Shown here: positions 40,445 to 51,170 of the stretch, piece by piece | Numbering within the stretch: the first letter of the stretch is position 1 | Layout: every line of letters begins with the position of its first letter | DNA from: Paecilomyces variotii | Lineage: Eukaryota | Assembly: GCA_004022145.1 (NCBI GenBank) | Contig: RCNU01000009.1 | DNA: 64,000 nt | Reading direction: 5' to 3' (one strand) | Made by a program: the position numbers and the translations under genes | Notes under the pieces: model-generated | Told to the model about the DNA's origin: nothing | The model's database searches: none | The model's input: the letters and a program-made list of their open reading frames with translations, nothing else

Positions 40445-41101
40445 GCTATTTCGGAGGAAAAGAGATTTCTTTCGCGTCCTGTGGGCGTCGCATGACATAT
40501 AGACTTTTCAACATGAGACTACGATGTTATGACTAACATTAATTGGGTTCTGTATCAACTACACAGAACCAAAAAGATTTGTCCTTCAACGGCAAAAGAA
40601 AAAAGTGATATCTAGGGGTTTTACATTTGGTTGTCCATCATCAGGAATTTGGGCGCAGGTGCATTACTATTTTACTCTTTCCGCATTCAACAATTGTCCA
40701 CGCTGGATGTGCTCCGTGTACCTATACCCTCTGCGAGACACGGGGAAGGTGCATTCGATAGAGGCCTATGGCCGAAGATTCAACAAAGCGCTGCTTTCGT
40801 CAGTAGACAGACGAAAGATACTAAGATACCATAACTAAATATATTGCGTTAGAAGCGCGGAAGACTCTTTTTACGGATATGTCCATGTGGATCAAATCAG
40901 TATATTGTATAACGCCACTAGTAAACAGCATATTTCGTCAACCCTCCATAGCAAAGGGTGCTCCGAGTAGAAGCCTAGGAGATTGAATAAGGCGCTCTAG
41001 GCATTCTTGAAACCAGTTCCATCGTTTACAATTGTAAAGATCCTCAAGTCATTAGCCATAACGGCCATGCAATGCATCATATCAATAAAATGTCCCGACA
41101 G

Positions 41102-42296
41102 CTAGACACCGTCTCCAAACGCGTAGAAGTTCATCCACCGCTATACAGGTCAAAAGTTAGATAATCAAACGACAAGGGCAGGGAACTTTTACACACCTTA
41201 TCGTATGGTCTTGAAGAATCACAGAATCGGAGATCGGTTGCCAGTCGAATCACATTGTCAGGGTCATGGTTAACGGTCGAAGCGTGGATCTATCCACCAA
41301 AGACCAATCATCAGCACACTGTATTGATGGGATAGAATGATTGAAAACGAAACATCTTTCTTACCGCATGAGCCTTATGAAGAACAACATCGCCTGCTTC
41401 GTACGCGGATACTAACCAGCGGCGATTATGTTCCCTCGCGAACTCCTTGGGATATTCAGACAGCATGCCTGTCGACATCATATTCTGGTTGAATCCCGAG
41501 CGGGCCTCCTCGTCGGTGAGTCCACTTTCTTTGGCTTTCCGGGTGAATTCATCTTCGATCTCGCGGCCGAGAGAGTCGCCTATATAATAATAATAACACA
41601 GTCGTCAACAATCCGTACTGTTTTGCATATGCATTGCGGAACATAAGAGACTGGAATCCCACCATCTTCAAGATAAATCAAACCACCACCATTAACCTTC
41701 ACATCCCCAATAGGCACCCACGCCGTCACAGCCGTGGGCTCTCCATATCTCAAAAAGATCTGATCATAGTGCACACCAATCGGCTTCGAAGTCGGTATAT
41801 TATTCCTCAACAACGTCCTCCTCACAGGCAGAGTATTCTTACCCCAACCAGTAAATTCAGCCACGAAGTTCTCCAGCGCCGGATGTCTACACAGTTCCTC
41901 CGCATACCAATCTTTATAGTGCGCTTCGAGAGCTAAATCGACGAATTGCTTCGCGCTATCTCCTCCCGGACGGCCATTCCCCCCTACAGCGCCCGCGCCG
42001 ATTCCTGGAAAGTCATGGATGGAGCGCTTCGAGTTGAAGATGCCTTCGACGGGCTTCGTGCCTTCTTCAAGCACGCCAGTCGGAGCGACGAGATTGAAGT
42101 ACCTCTCGCGGGCTTTGAGCACGTCTTCACGAGGGAGGAGTTGTTTTAGGAAGAGGTAGCCGTCTTCGTTGTATCGGTTGCGGAGCTCGTCGATGGGCGT
42201 GATGTTGGGGTCAGAAGGTCTGAGATATGCGATGTCCTCGGGTTGAAGAGGGCCATCGCTCACGGCGAGTTTGTCAACTGTGACTACTCCGACCAT
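41102..42296 (-). CDS. Phytanoyl-CoA dioxygenase (PhyH)-like Fe(II)/2-oxoglutarate oxygenase
   Basis: EDGYLFLK, HYD (HxD) in VHYDQIFLR, TAWVPIGD, YEAGDVVLH, distal IHAS, IRLATDLRF. Three introns. Confidence 0.88.
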
Positions 42297-43383
42297 TGTT
42301 GTCTTAACTATGTTATTCTTTCGGGGAGCACAAGAGAATCGATTATTCAAGAACCTCGTAACAATCCAAACTAAAAAAAGATTAGATTAGATTCCTTCTT
42401 GCTGGTAAGTAAGAAAAAATCCAAGCTCCCTGTAAGCATGTATTCATCGACTGACTAGGTATATATAAACTCGGATCTCCATACAAGCGGGCAAAATTAC
42501 TCTTTTCTAACCGCCACATGCAGAGCCACTCACTTCATAGGTAGGTAGTTCCATGTCGTACAAAGTTCAAAGACAACAAACCTGGCACATAAGTAGGCCC
42601 GATTAGCATTCATACTCTATTCTCTACATCGAGTAAAAACCACCGATGTGGGATTCAGAGTCATTACGAACTAACGTGTCTGCGATACGTTGGTTGGTAG
42701 GGGAGATATTCCTTCTTGGGTGATGTGGAGAGAGGGGATGGAGAATAGGGAAGTTTGATGTAAATTGGGAATTTGCTATTGGCGGGGTACGTAGTACTAC
42801 TGGGATGATGGGGAGATGAGATGGGTTGGCGGGGTAGAATATTCTAAAAGATCAGCTGGCTAGTTATAGTGTTTGATTCGATCGTGTGAGATGGTATCGA
42901 GGATTGCGGTTTAGATTGGTGGTGATATTCTGGTTATGCTCAGATGATATCGGTGATTTTTTGAGGATTCAGACAACATTCTTAGTCTTTTTCACTCATG
43001 TTGTGAGCAGAATTGTCACCAAGAGATGCAGCGCGACATTGAAGTCCGATAATACTTTATGATATAACCAGGGCCTGAAACCCGTAAATTCTACTCAATG
43101 CATATGTATTTCTATTCTGTCCTATTCTACTACATGTCTTTTGGTTAAGTATATACTCAACATCTGGAACAAGCGCACCGCAACCCCAAGATATAGATCT
43201 AAAATCAAATTAAACACCGGAACTTGCACCGCTAAACGCAATGATAATCGATGCTAACAAGGTATCTCTATAGTAAGCTTGAAAACTCCCAGTAATGATA
43301 AATAGAAATCATAAAACCACAACAAAAAGAACAAAAGTACGGGTTAATTTCAATCTCATCAGCTGCCAACACAACAGAACAGC

Positions 43384-44197
43384 TTACTCCTCTGTCCAGT
43401 CGCTGAAATTCCACGACGAGACGTCATCGTCGATAGTTAATTTCAGCGTCGTGAAGACAATCTGCTCATACATGTCTCGGGCTGCAGCCCTGGCTTTTTT
43501 ATGCCATGGACCTAGCCCTCCGAGTCGAGCGTCTTCTCTATTCCGCCATAGGCCTGTGATATGTTAGTCGAACGATGCCAAAAATGAATCAAACATGAAG
43601 GTACCAAAGAAGAAACGCACAAGTTGCCAAATTCCTCCGATTTTCATTCTTCGTACCGAACCAATACTTCAACAGACCACCACTAGTCGTCGCTTCAGCA
43701 TGAGAATGAGCATCCAGCTGATGCAAATACTCCAGATCCGCATCTGCACGCAGAACGGACCGGAATACAACAACGTAAAATTCCCGCTTCTTCCACTCGT
43801 AGCCCTCTGCATCAGACAGGGCACGCAGGAGTTCAAAGACAGCGACCCAGTTGAATGACTGCGTATACTCTGCAGTTGCGTAGTCGTACTGAATGGGCTT
43901 GAGAATCGTCAAGGCTTTGGCAAATAGTCGATTCGGTGTGTCTAGTCTCTTGAGATCTAAGAGGTGTGCGGGTTCGTTATACGGAGATGAAATGAGTCTG
44001 TGGTCTGTCCATGCTGCGGATTCATGCTTCTGGCCAGATTGAAGCTGCAACGACGCTGCGGCGTGGAATTTGAGCGCGTCAAAGTCGGAAGTCACCAGAC
44101 TATGGTGGAAGAGAGATGTCGATCTTGTATTGGAAGGCTTTTCTTCTAGGATAGAGACACTCTCCGTTGGTAAAGTGCTTCCTATACCGGGAGCCAT
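43384..44197 (-). CDS. Conserved fungal hypothetical protein (UPF0643-like)
   Basis: Motifs LISSPY..HLLDL, YATAEYTQSFNW, FYVVVFRS, LDAHSHAEATTSGGLLKYWFG, NLATC/LWRNREDARLGGLGPWH. One intron at about 43620-43554. Confidence 0.75.
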
Positions 44198-45406
44198 GTT
44201 TGGATTTCGCCAGAGCACCCGATTCGCAGTATGGAATTCCAGGAATAGCAGAGATGATTTTGAGAAAGAGACGGGAAGAAAGTACTTCAGTCTATACCTC
44301 AGACTGCCGCCTTAGGAAACAAAGAAGAGAGGACGCAGAAAGTGATAGACCAGAGGCCGGTACCACTCTAGACACCGCTTCGAGAAAAAAACCGGAGCAA
44401 TAATTCTAACAAGACAGAACGAGAATAAAAAAGAAAAGGAAAGGAAAGAAACTCATCCATTCTTTTAAAAAGAGGCGAACAATCACCCTTTACCGCCTAA
44501 ATTGAGGGGCGTTTCAATCTACAAAATCGGTGAGCAATCCCAGCGGCAAAAGCACGCAATAAGATAAAATTGCAGCCCCCTTTCGGGATCGGGAGTCGAT
44601 CCATGGGACAGTAGTTAACCTCAAGGTCCAGATCCAAAGAAAAAAAAATCATTCCCTATTATTGGGAGAAAATTTTGACTTCCCGTATCGTCGACGGTGT
44701 CAGTCTGTCGTTTGTCTCTGGCGGTCAGATTGCTGGTTGATGGATGATGAGATGTTAGTAGGAGATTTATCACACTCCAATCAGACTGCTCATATTGATT
44801 CATGTCAGGGACTAGAGAGCATAGCTTGCTAAATGAAAGGTCCATAAATCCTTAAATGGAACAAGGCCTAACTAGTACATAGATAGTACTTGGAGCCAAG
44901 ATCGACCATACAGGTGCGGTAGAAGATCGTTGAAACGGCGCTTCGTGGGGTTGAAACTCGAGTTAAAGCTTCCGCGCCATCCGATGCTAGACATGCTAAT
45001 CGTCCCATCTTGAATAGATAAAAATGCACTGCATGTGTTGGTACGGCTTTATATGGCTAGAGACTGTGCGGAATTCATTAGATACATAATAGCAGATATT
45101 TAATGTGCTGGCTAAGTCGTTAGGGAATCTCTATCAGAAGAGCGCATTGATGTCTCAGTTTTGAATACGAGGTAGGAACGGAGTGATAATATATTATCAC
45201 AACTAACGAATCGCACACTTGCTGTTCAGTTACTGTTTCTAGAAAGTTTGAATTCTATTCATCCTATGGGCTTTTCCGCCAACCCCATGATCTTGAAACA
45301 ATAGAGACATGGTATCATGCAAGCAATCGTATAAAATAACCCCGCCAGAACGCCCCAAATGCATACACGGCACAATCCTTTCCTTCGAAGGATAGGATGG
45401 ACTAAT

Positions 45407-46969
45407 CTATTTCTTCACCGGAAGAGGCGGAGGAGCCATCTTGCCATCACCTGTGTCGACCTTCTTCCTCGCAGGGATGTCCGGGACTTTGAATCCACCA
45501 TTCTGCTGCTGCTGCTGCTGCGAGTTATTACTGTTCTGACTCCCGACCTGAGTGAACGTTCCACTCTTGAACCATCTGTCTTCCTCCGCTTTCCGCTTCC
45601 TGTTGAGCTCGGCTTGGACCTTGGGGTCGACAAGCTCAAGTCCCTGGACAGGTGTGAACGCGATAGAACTAGCTGTACCCGCAACTCCTCCCAAAGAGGG
45701 TCCGACTCCGGTTGTACGAAGGCCCTTCGCCTGCAGGACAGAGGCACTGCCAGAGCCCTGTCCAAAACCACGAAGGGAGGAAGCCGTTCCAGCAACAGGA
45801 GTCGCTGCGCCCCAGCCCTTGTTGTTCTTGCTGAGCTTGGCCCTCGTCCTCTGATCGATTTGAGTCGCGCGAATACGGCCAAGGTCCTGCTGGCCCAGCA
45901 TTCCCAGTCCCTTTGTCCCTTCACCGGTTCCGTAACCGATTTCTGCTTCTTCCTTACCGAAAGCAACGCGGTTCTGCGCTTTACGGATCTCCGTCATAGC
46001 GATGGCCTCCTTGGCTTTACGAGCCCTGCGACCTCCTCGCTTCCTCGATGGTTTGTCGTCCGGTGCCGGAAGAGCACGAGGTCCCTTGTTAGGCGGAGGT
46101 TCAGTTAGTTTCTCGAGACGTTGGAAACACTGTTGCTTCAGCTCCTCTCCCATAGATCCATCGCGACTAGACCCCGCCACATCTGCTCTGGCGGCAAGAA
46201 CCATTTTAGCAGACACAATGCGCATCGCCTGACGCTTGAGGTCGTTAGGAATGCCCTGGATGACGGGCGAATTGTAGAGAAATCCCTGCTGTCTGATTCC
46301 AACATTTGTAGCAAAGCCCAGTCCGGACTGCTTCTTCGAACCCTGAGCGGCCAAATTGCACGCGGGGACCTTGGCCAGCTCATGAAGACCTCCGACCTGG
46401 TTCAGGAATTGAGCTGCTGTCTGCGGTCCGATGAGCGCGGTCAAATTGGGCGCCATCTCGTTCATACGCGACACCACACTTTCCGCCAGGGCAGTCCTCT
46501 CGCGGTCCAACTTCAGAATTCTCTCGCAGGTATCCAGGACAATCTTCAGTTCCGACTCAGTCATCTCGCGCCCTCTTGTAGTTGTCCCTTCGACAGCAAC
46601 AACCATCAACGTAGGTCCATCCAGCACCGATTCCAGCGATGCGCCAACCATATTGTCAGCTGAGGACGAAATCGCCTTGATGTCGTTAAGCGGGCCATTC
46701 TTCAAGATCGCAACGGTCTTTGCGTAGTCGATAGGGTTTGTAACGAGCGTCTCTAACTCCGGAAATCGAATGGAATAATGGTCACGAAGGACTTTATGAA
46801 GACGTGTAAGCTCGTCCGCCGTGGACATGGCAGTCTCGAAGTCATTCGCCGGTTTCTCTTGGGGCTCTTCTTCCTGCTCCATCTCCTCGGGCTCCTCCTG
46901 CTCCTCCAGGCCCTCGAAGCCCTCCTCATCCTCCTCGAAATCCCTCAATAGCTCTTCTGCGGTCGACAT
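45407..46969 (-). CDS. PRP31: U4/U6.U5 tri-snRNP protein Prp31, intronless
   Basis: RDHYSIRFPELETLV, Nop domain MAPNLTALIG..PACN, LPAPDDKPSRKRGGRRARK, NRVAFG, GTASSIAFTPVQGLEL. Confidence 0.96.
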   Translation of the reverse strand: MSTAEELLRDFEEDEEGFEGLEEQEEPEEMEQEEEPQEKPANDFETAMSTADELTRLHKVLRDHYSIRFPELETLVTNPIDYAKTVAILKNGPLNDIKAISSSADNMVGASLESVLDGPTLMVVAVEGTTTRGREMTESELKIVLDTCERILKLDRERTALAESVVSRMNEMAPNLTALIGPQTAAQFLNQVGGLHELAKVPACNLAAQGSKKQSGLGFATNVGIRQQGFLYNSPVIQGIPNDLKRQAMRIVSAKMVLAARADVAGSSRDGSMGEELKQQCFQRLEKLTEPPPNKGPRALPAPDDKPSRKRGGRRARKAKEAIAMTEIRKAQNRVAFGKEEAEIGYGTGEGTKGLGMLGQQDLGRIRATQIDQRTRAKLSKNNKGWGAATPVAGTASSLRGFGQGSGSASVLQAKGLRTTGVGPSLGGVAGTASSIAFTPVQGLELVDPKVQAELNRKRKAEEDRWFKSGTFTQVGSQNSNNSQQQQQQNGGFKVPDIPARKKVDTGDGKMAPPPLPVKK

Positions 46970-47424
46970 TGTGACAGCAGCTGTGAAAGAATCACCCCAG
47001 AGATGTTGATGAACAGGATAAATTCGAACTGGTTGAAGGTCTTCGCCACGGCCAGCCCGCTTAAGATGAAGTTAGCTACGGATTATGTAAGATGAGCTTC
47101 GCCGTCACTAGACCATATCATATGCGGGTGGCGGTAGAGACAACCTGTGCATTTAGTTATCATGTTTCTGCATCGCGACGGACGCTGTCTTGAAGATAAT
47201 TATTGATCGGTCTGCAACAGACAACCACACGGTTTCGTCTGAGATTCGTGGCCGACTTTTGGGGGCGATTTCTCAATCGCGGTCAGCTCCTTCAGCTGTT
47301 CTATCCGCGCTGGCTAAGCAACTGGCGGGTTTGCTCAGGACAATCCACACCGTCAGTTCCGTCAACCTCGATACTGCGAACTCCTGTGGAATAGATATAC
47401 ACGCCATACACGCCAGCACTCACC

Positions 47425-49524
47425 ATGGAGTCCTCACGCGGACCCCCTCGGGTCAAGAACAAGGCCCCCGCGCCGCAGCAAATCTCCGCTGAGCAGCTGC
47501 TGCGCGAGGCGGTTGACAGACAAGAACCCGGCCTCCAAGCCCCGACGCAACGGTTCGCCGATCTCGAAGAGCTCCATGAGTACCAGGGTCGAAAACGGAA
47601 GGAGTTCGAGGACTATGTGCGGCGCAATAGGATTAACATGAACAACTGGATGCGCTATGCGCAATGGGAGCTCGAGCAGAAGGAATTCCGCCGGGCGCGA
47701 TCTATCTTCGAGCGTGCGCTGGATGTTGATTCGACTTCGGTGGTGCTGTGGATTCGGTATATCGAGTCGGAGATGAAGAATCGCAATATCAATCATGCTC
47801 GGAATCTGCTTGATCGCGCCGTGACGATTCTGCCGCGAGTGGACAAGCTTTGGTATAAGTATGTCTACATGGAGGAGATGTTGGGGAACATCCCCGGAAC
47901 CCGGCAGGTGTTTGAGCGGTGGATGTCCTGGGAGCCAGATGAGGGCGCGTGGGGTGCATACATCAAGCTCGAGAAGAGATATAATGAATTTGAAAGAGCA
48001 CGGGCTATCTTCGAGCGCTTTACGGTGGTACACCCGGAACCTAGGAATTGGATCAAGTGGGCTCGGTTTGAGGAGGAGTATGGGACGAGCGATATGGTCC
48101 GAGAAGTGTATGGCTTGGCTATCGAGACGCTGGGTGAAGATTTCATGGATGAGAAGCTCTTCATCGCCTATGCCAAGTTTGAGACTAAGCTCAAGGAGTA
48201 CGAGCGTGCGAGGGCTATCTACAAATATGCTTTGGATCGTCTGCCTCGATCGAAGTCGATGGCATTGCACAAGGCATACACTACCTTCGAGAAACAATTC
48301 GGTGACCGGGATGGTGTCGAAGACGTCATCCTTGCTAAACGGAGAGTGCAGTATGAGGAGCAGCTCAAGGAGAACCCGAGGAACTACGATATCTGGTTCG
48401 ACTTCGCCAGACTGGAAGAAAGCTCTGGTGATGTCGACCGGGTTCGTGATGTATATGAGCGAGCAATCGCACAGATCCCTCCGTCGCAGGAGAAGCGGCA
48501 TTGGAGACGATACATCTTCTTGTGGATCTTCTACGCACTATGGGAGGAGATGGAGAATAACGACATCGAGCGTGCCAGGCAAATATACAACGAATGCCTG
48601 AAGCTCATTCCGCACCGAAAGTTCACCTTCGCCAAGATCTGGCTCCTGAAAGCCCAATTCGAGATCCGACAGATGGATCTGCAGGCAGCACGGAAGACTC
48701 TCGGCCAGGCAATTGGAATGTGTCCCAAGGACAAGCTCTTCCGCGGCTACATAGACCTAGAGCGTCAGCTGTTCGAGTTCGTTCGATGTCGAACTCTGTA
48801 TGAAAAGCAAATTGAGTGGAACCACTCAAACAGCCAGGCATGGATCAAATATGCAGAATTGGAACGTGGACTGGAAGATCTCGATCGAGCGAGGGCTATC
48901 TTTGAGCTTGGCATTGAGCAGCAGACATTGGATATGCCCGAGCTCGTGTGGAAAGCGTATATCGACTTCGAGGAGTACGAGGGAGAGTACGATCGCGTGC
49001 GGGCTCTCTACGAACGTCTTCTGGAGAGGACAGATCACGTCAAGGTGTGGATCAACTACGCCCGGTTCGAGATCAACGTTCCGGAAGGCGAAGAGGAAGA
49101 GGAGGAGGAGGAAGAGGAACGGCCGGTCAGCGAAGAAGCGAAGCGCCGCGCTCGCAAGATCTTCGAACGTGCGTACCAGCGGATGAAGGAGAAGGATATG
49201 AAGGAAGAGGTAAGCCACGAATACATTTACCGACCCTCACCCCGCCTTCCCGGCACATGGCTGACAATCTCGCAGAGAGTGGACCTGTTGAATGCATGGA
49301 AGGCATTCGAAAACACGCACGGTTCTCCCGAAGACATCGCCAAGATCGAGAAGCAGATGCCGCGGAGGGTCAAGAAGAGACGCAAGCTGGACGACGACCG
49401 GTACGAAGAGTACATGGACTATGTCTTCCCCGCGGACGACGAATCCGCAGCGAACCTGTCGAAGCTGCTCCAGAGAGCCCACCAGTGGAAGCAGCAACAA
49501 GCCCAGCAAAGCGGACAGTCATAG
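47425..49524 (+). CDS. CLF1: NineTeen-complex HAT-repeat splicing factor Clf1/Syf3 (crooked neck)
   Basis: [25 protein letters not shown], tandem HAT repeats ([10 protein letters not shown]...), [16 protein letters not shown]. One probable in-frame intron at 49210-49275. Confidence 0.97.
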   Translation: MESSRGPPRVKNKAPAPQQISAEQLLREAVDRQEPGLQAPTQRFADLEELHEYQGRKRKEFEDYVRRNRINMNNWMRYAQWELEQKEFRRARSIFERALDVDSTSVVLWIRYIESEMKNRNINHARNLLDRAVTILPRVDKLWYKYVYMEEMLGNIPGTRQVFERWMSWEPDEGAWGAYIKLEKRYNEFERARAIFERFTVVHPEPRNWIKWARFEEEYGTSDMVREVYGLAIETLGEDFMDEKLFIAYAKFETKLKEYERARAIYKYALDRLPRSKSMALHKAYTTFEKQFGDRDGVEDVILAKRRVQYEEQLKENPRNYDIWFDFARLEESSGDVDRVRDVYERAIAQIPPSQEKRHWRRYIFLWIFYALWEEMENNDIERARQIYNECLKLIPHRKFTFAKIWLLKAQFEIRQMDLQAARKTLGQAIGMCPKDKLFRGYIDLERQLFEFVRCRTLYEKQIEWNHSNSQAWIKYAELERGLEDLDRARAIFELGIEQQTLDMPELVWKAYIDFEEYEGEYDRVRALYERLLERTDHVKVWINYARFEINVPEGEEEEEEEEEERPVSEEAKRRARKIFERAYQRMKEKDMKEEVSHEYIYRPSPRLPGTWLTISQRVDLLNAWKAFENTHGSPEDIAKIEKQMPRRVKKRRKLDDDRYEEYMDYVFPADDESAANLSKLLQRAHQWKQQQAQQSGQS

Positions 49525-50679
49525 AGATCGGCACAAAGACTCGAAGCCTAATGGTCCATTGGGCATCTCTAAGCGCCGTGATATCTCGGATGTCACATCA
49601 AGTCACCTATGTTTGGTACCACCCAACCTTGAAGGACAATTCGATCTATGGTCATATGAACATCACGATGAGAGGGCTCCTTGTTGCGGGAAATGCATGT
49701 CATTATTCAGCAATTCCGCGTGCTTGTCCTGTAAATTAATAATTCCTTTTTTCTTTCCTCCATCATAGCTACTCTGCATAGTCGGGGTCCACCCATGGAC
49801 TGGAAACAGCCGAAAAGCACTAACTCGCATAAAATTAGCGATTTTCCCTTAGAGCGCCAATCATGTCCTATTTTGGCATATGAACTTCCCTTCAATATAA
49901 CCAGAGATTATTATTATTGATAGTCTGCGTACTCCGTACTAGCTGTGCTGCTGTACAGAGTACGAAATAATAATAGTTAACTAGAGTAACTATCTACTAC
50001 TGTACTCTACGCAGTCGATCTAAAATTGTTCAGATCTCAAATGATGCTATGTAATCAGTGTACGGAGTAGATAACTAACTATGGTCTTGCTTGTCGGGTC
50101 GCTAACAGTTTAACGGCTAAGCATTGAGGCGTGGGATTAGTCCTCGTTAGCTTGTCAAAAGCATCATTGAACATTATTGAACAATAATGGCCATGACGTC
50201 CCGATGGGCCCAACCGCTGGTGGATCGAACGGACTCCAAGGAAAAGCCTCATGATCGTGGGCCCACTTGGGGCAAGCCTTGGGTACTTTCTCTACAATAA
50301 TAATATTAGATAGAATAATAATAGTGATATTTTACCATAATAAATCGAGCAATGATCGGTTGTCGACGTCGGGAGGTCGGATCCTGCGGGTAGAGACTTC
50401 CAGGCTATTTCTCCGTGTAACATGCTATGTCCTATAGGTATGGTCCTTGACCTCCTGGCGAGAATCAACAAACAATAATACCACCGAGGATACCGTAAAT
50501 GCCTGAGGCTGCAAGTGCGACTGTCTCTGGTCGGAGGAGCAGACCGACTCGATACTAGGTGCGCTACGGCTAGGAGGGGCCGTAGCAAATAATCATTGAG
50601 CGTAGTGACCAAGCTGGCTGCTCTGACTAAGCTGGCTGCTGGCGCTGACGCGCTGGCGCGCTGGCAAAGCCTGGCAGAT

Positions 50680-51085
50680 AGGTTGATTGCTTACCTAAAT
50701 CAGGTAATTTGTCAGGCTCTTTTAGTGTAGTAACTGTAGATGATGATAAATATTGTAAAGAACTATCTAATGGATGAAGCTAGCTAGTAATTGCTAGATA
50801 ATATAAGAAGCCGAAGTCTATATAAGATAGGTAGGCAGAAGGGGGATAGGTAGGAGGGATTTAGCTGATATAGTCGATATTTTAGACAGACCAATAAGAA
50901 GCTAGTATTTAGATAGAAGAAAATGCTTTAAAAGCGAGCTTTAATAGGCAAAAGAAAGCAGGGGGTAAGGACTGCGAAGGGTGTAAATTAATTAATATAA
51001 ACGCGAACCTGTATAGGAGGTTAGGAAGAGTTGTTTTAATTTCTTAAATTAGAAGGCGGTAATACCTAGCAGTTTAAACCATATG
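50680..51085. other. AT-rich, TpA-rich segment, possibly a RIP-degraded repeat relic
   Basis: By eye, many TA/TAG/CTA and few CA dinucleotides compared with the flanks; no ORF. Confidence 0.4.
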
Positions 51086-51087
51086 AT

Positions 51088-51170
51088 AAATCAATGGTCA
51101 TGTGACTGTAACTCAGAATAGACCAATTAAATCAGTGGTCATGTGACTGTAACTCAGAACAGACTAATCA
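51088..51170. repeat. 41-bp tandem duplication containing GGTCATGTGAC
   Basis: AAATCAATGGTCATGTGACTGTAACTCAGAATAGACCAATT followed by AAATCAGTGGTCATGTGACTGTAACTCAGAACAGACTAATC. Confidence 0.92.

Noticed and set aside
44900-45000. CGACCATAC resembling a 5S rRNA 5' end
   Set aside because: The similarity stops after 9 nt and the internal 5S motifs are absent.
51088-51170. CRISPR-like repeat
   Set aside because: Only two directly adjacent copies, no spacers, no cas genes, and a eukaryotic context.
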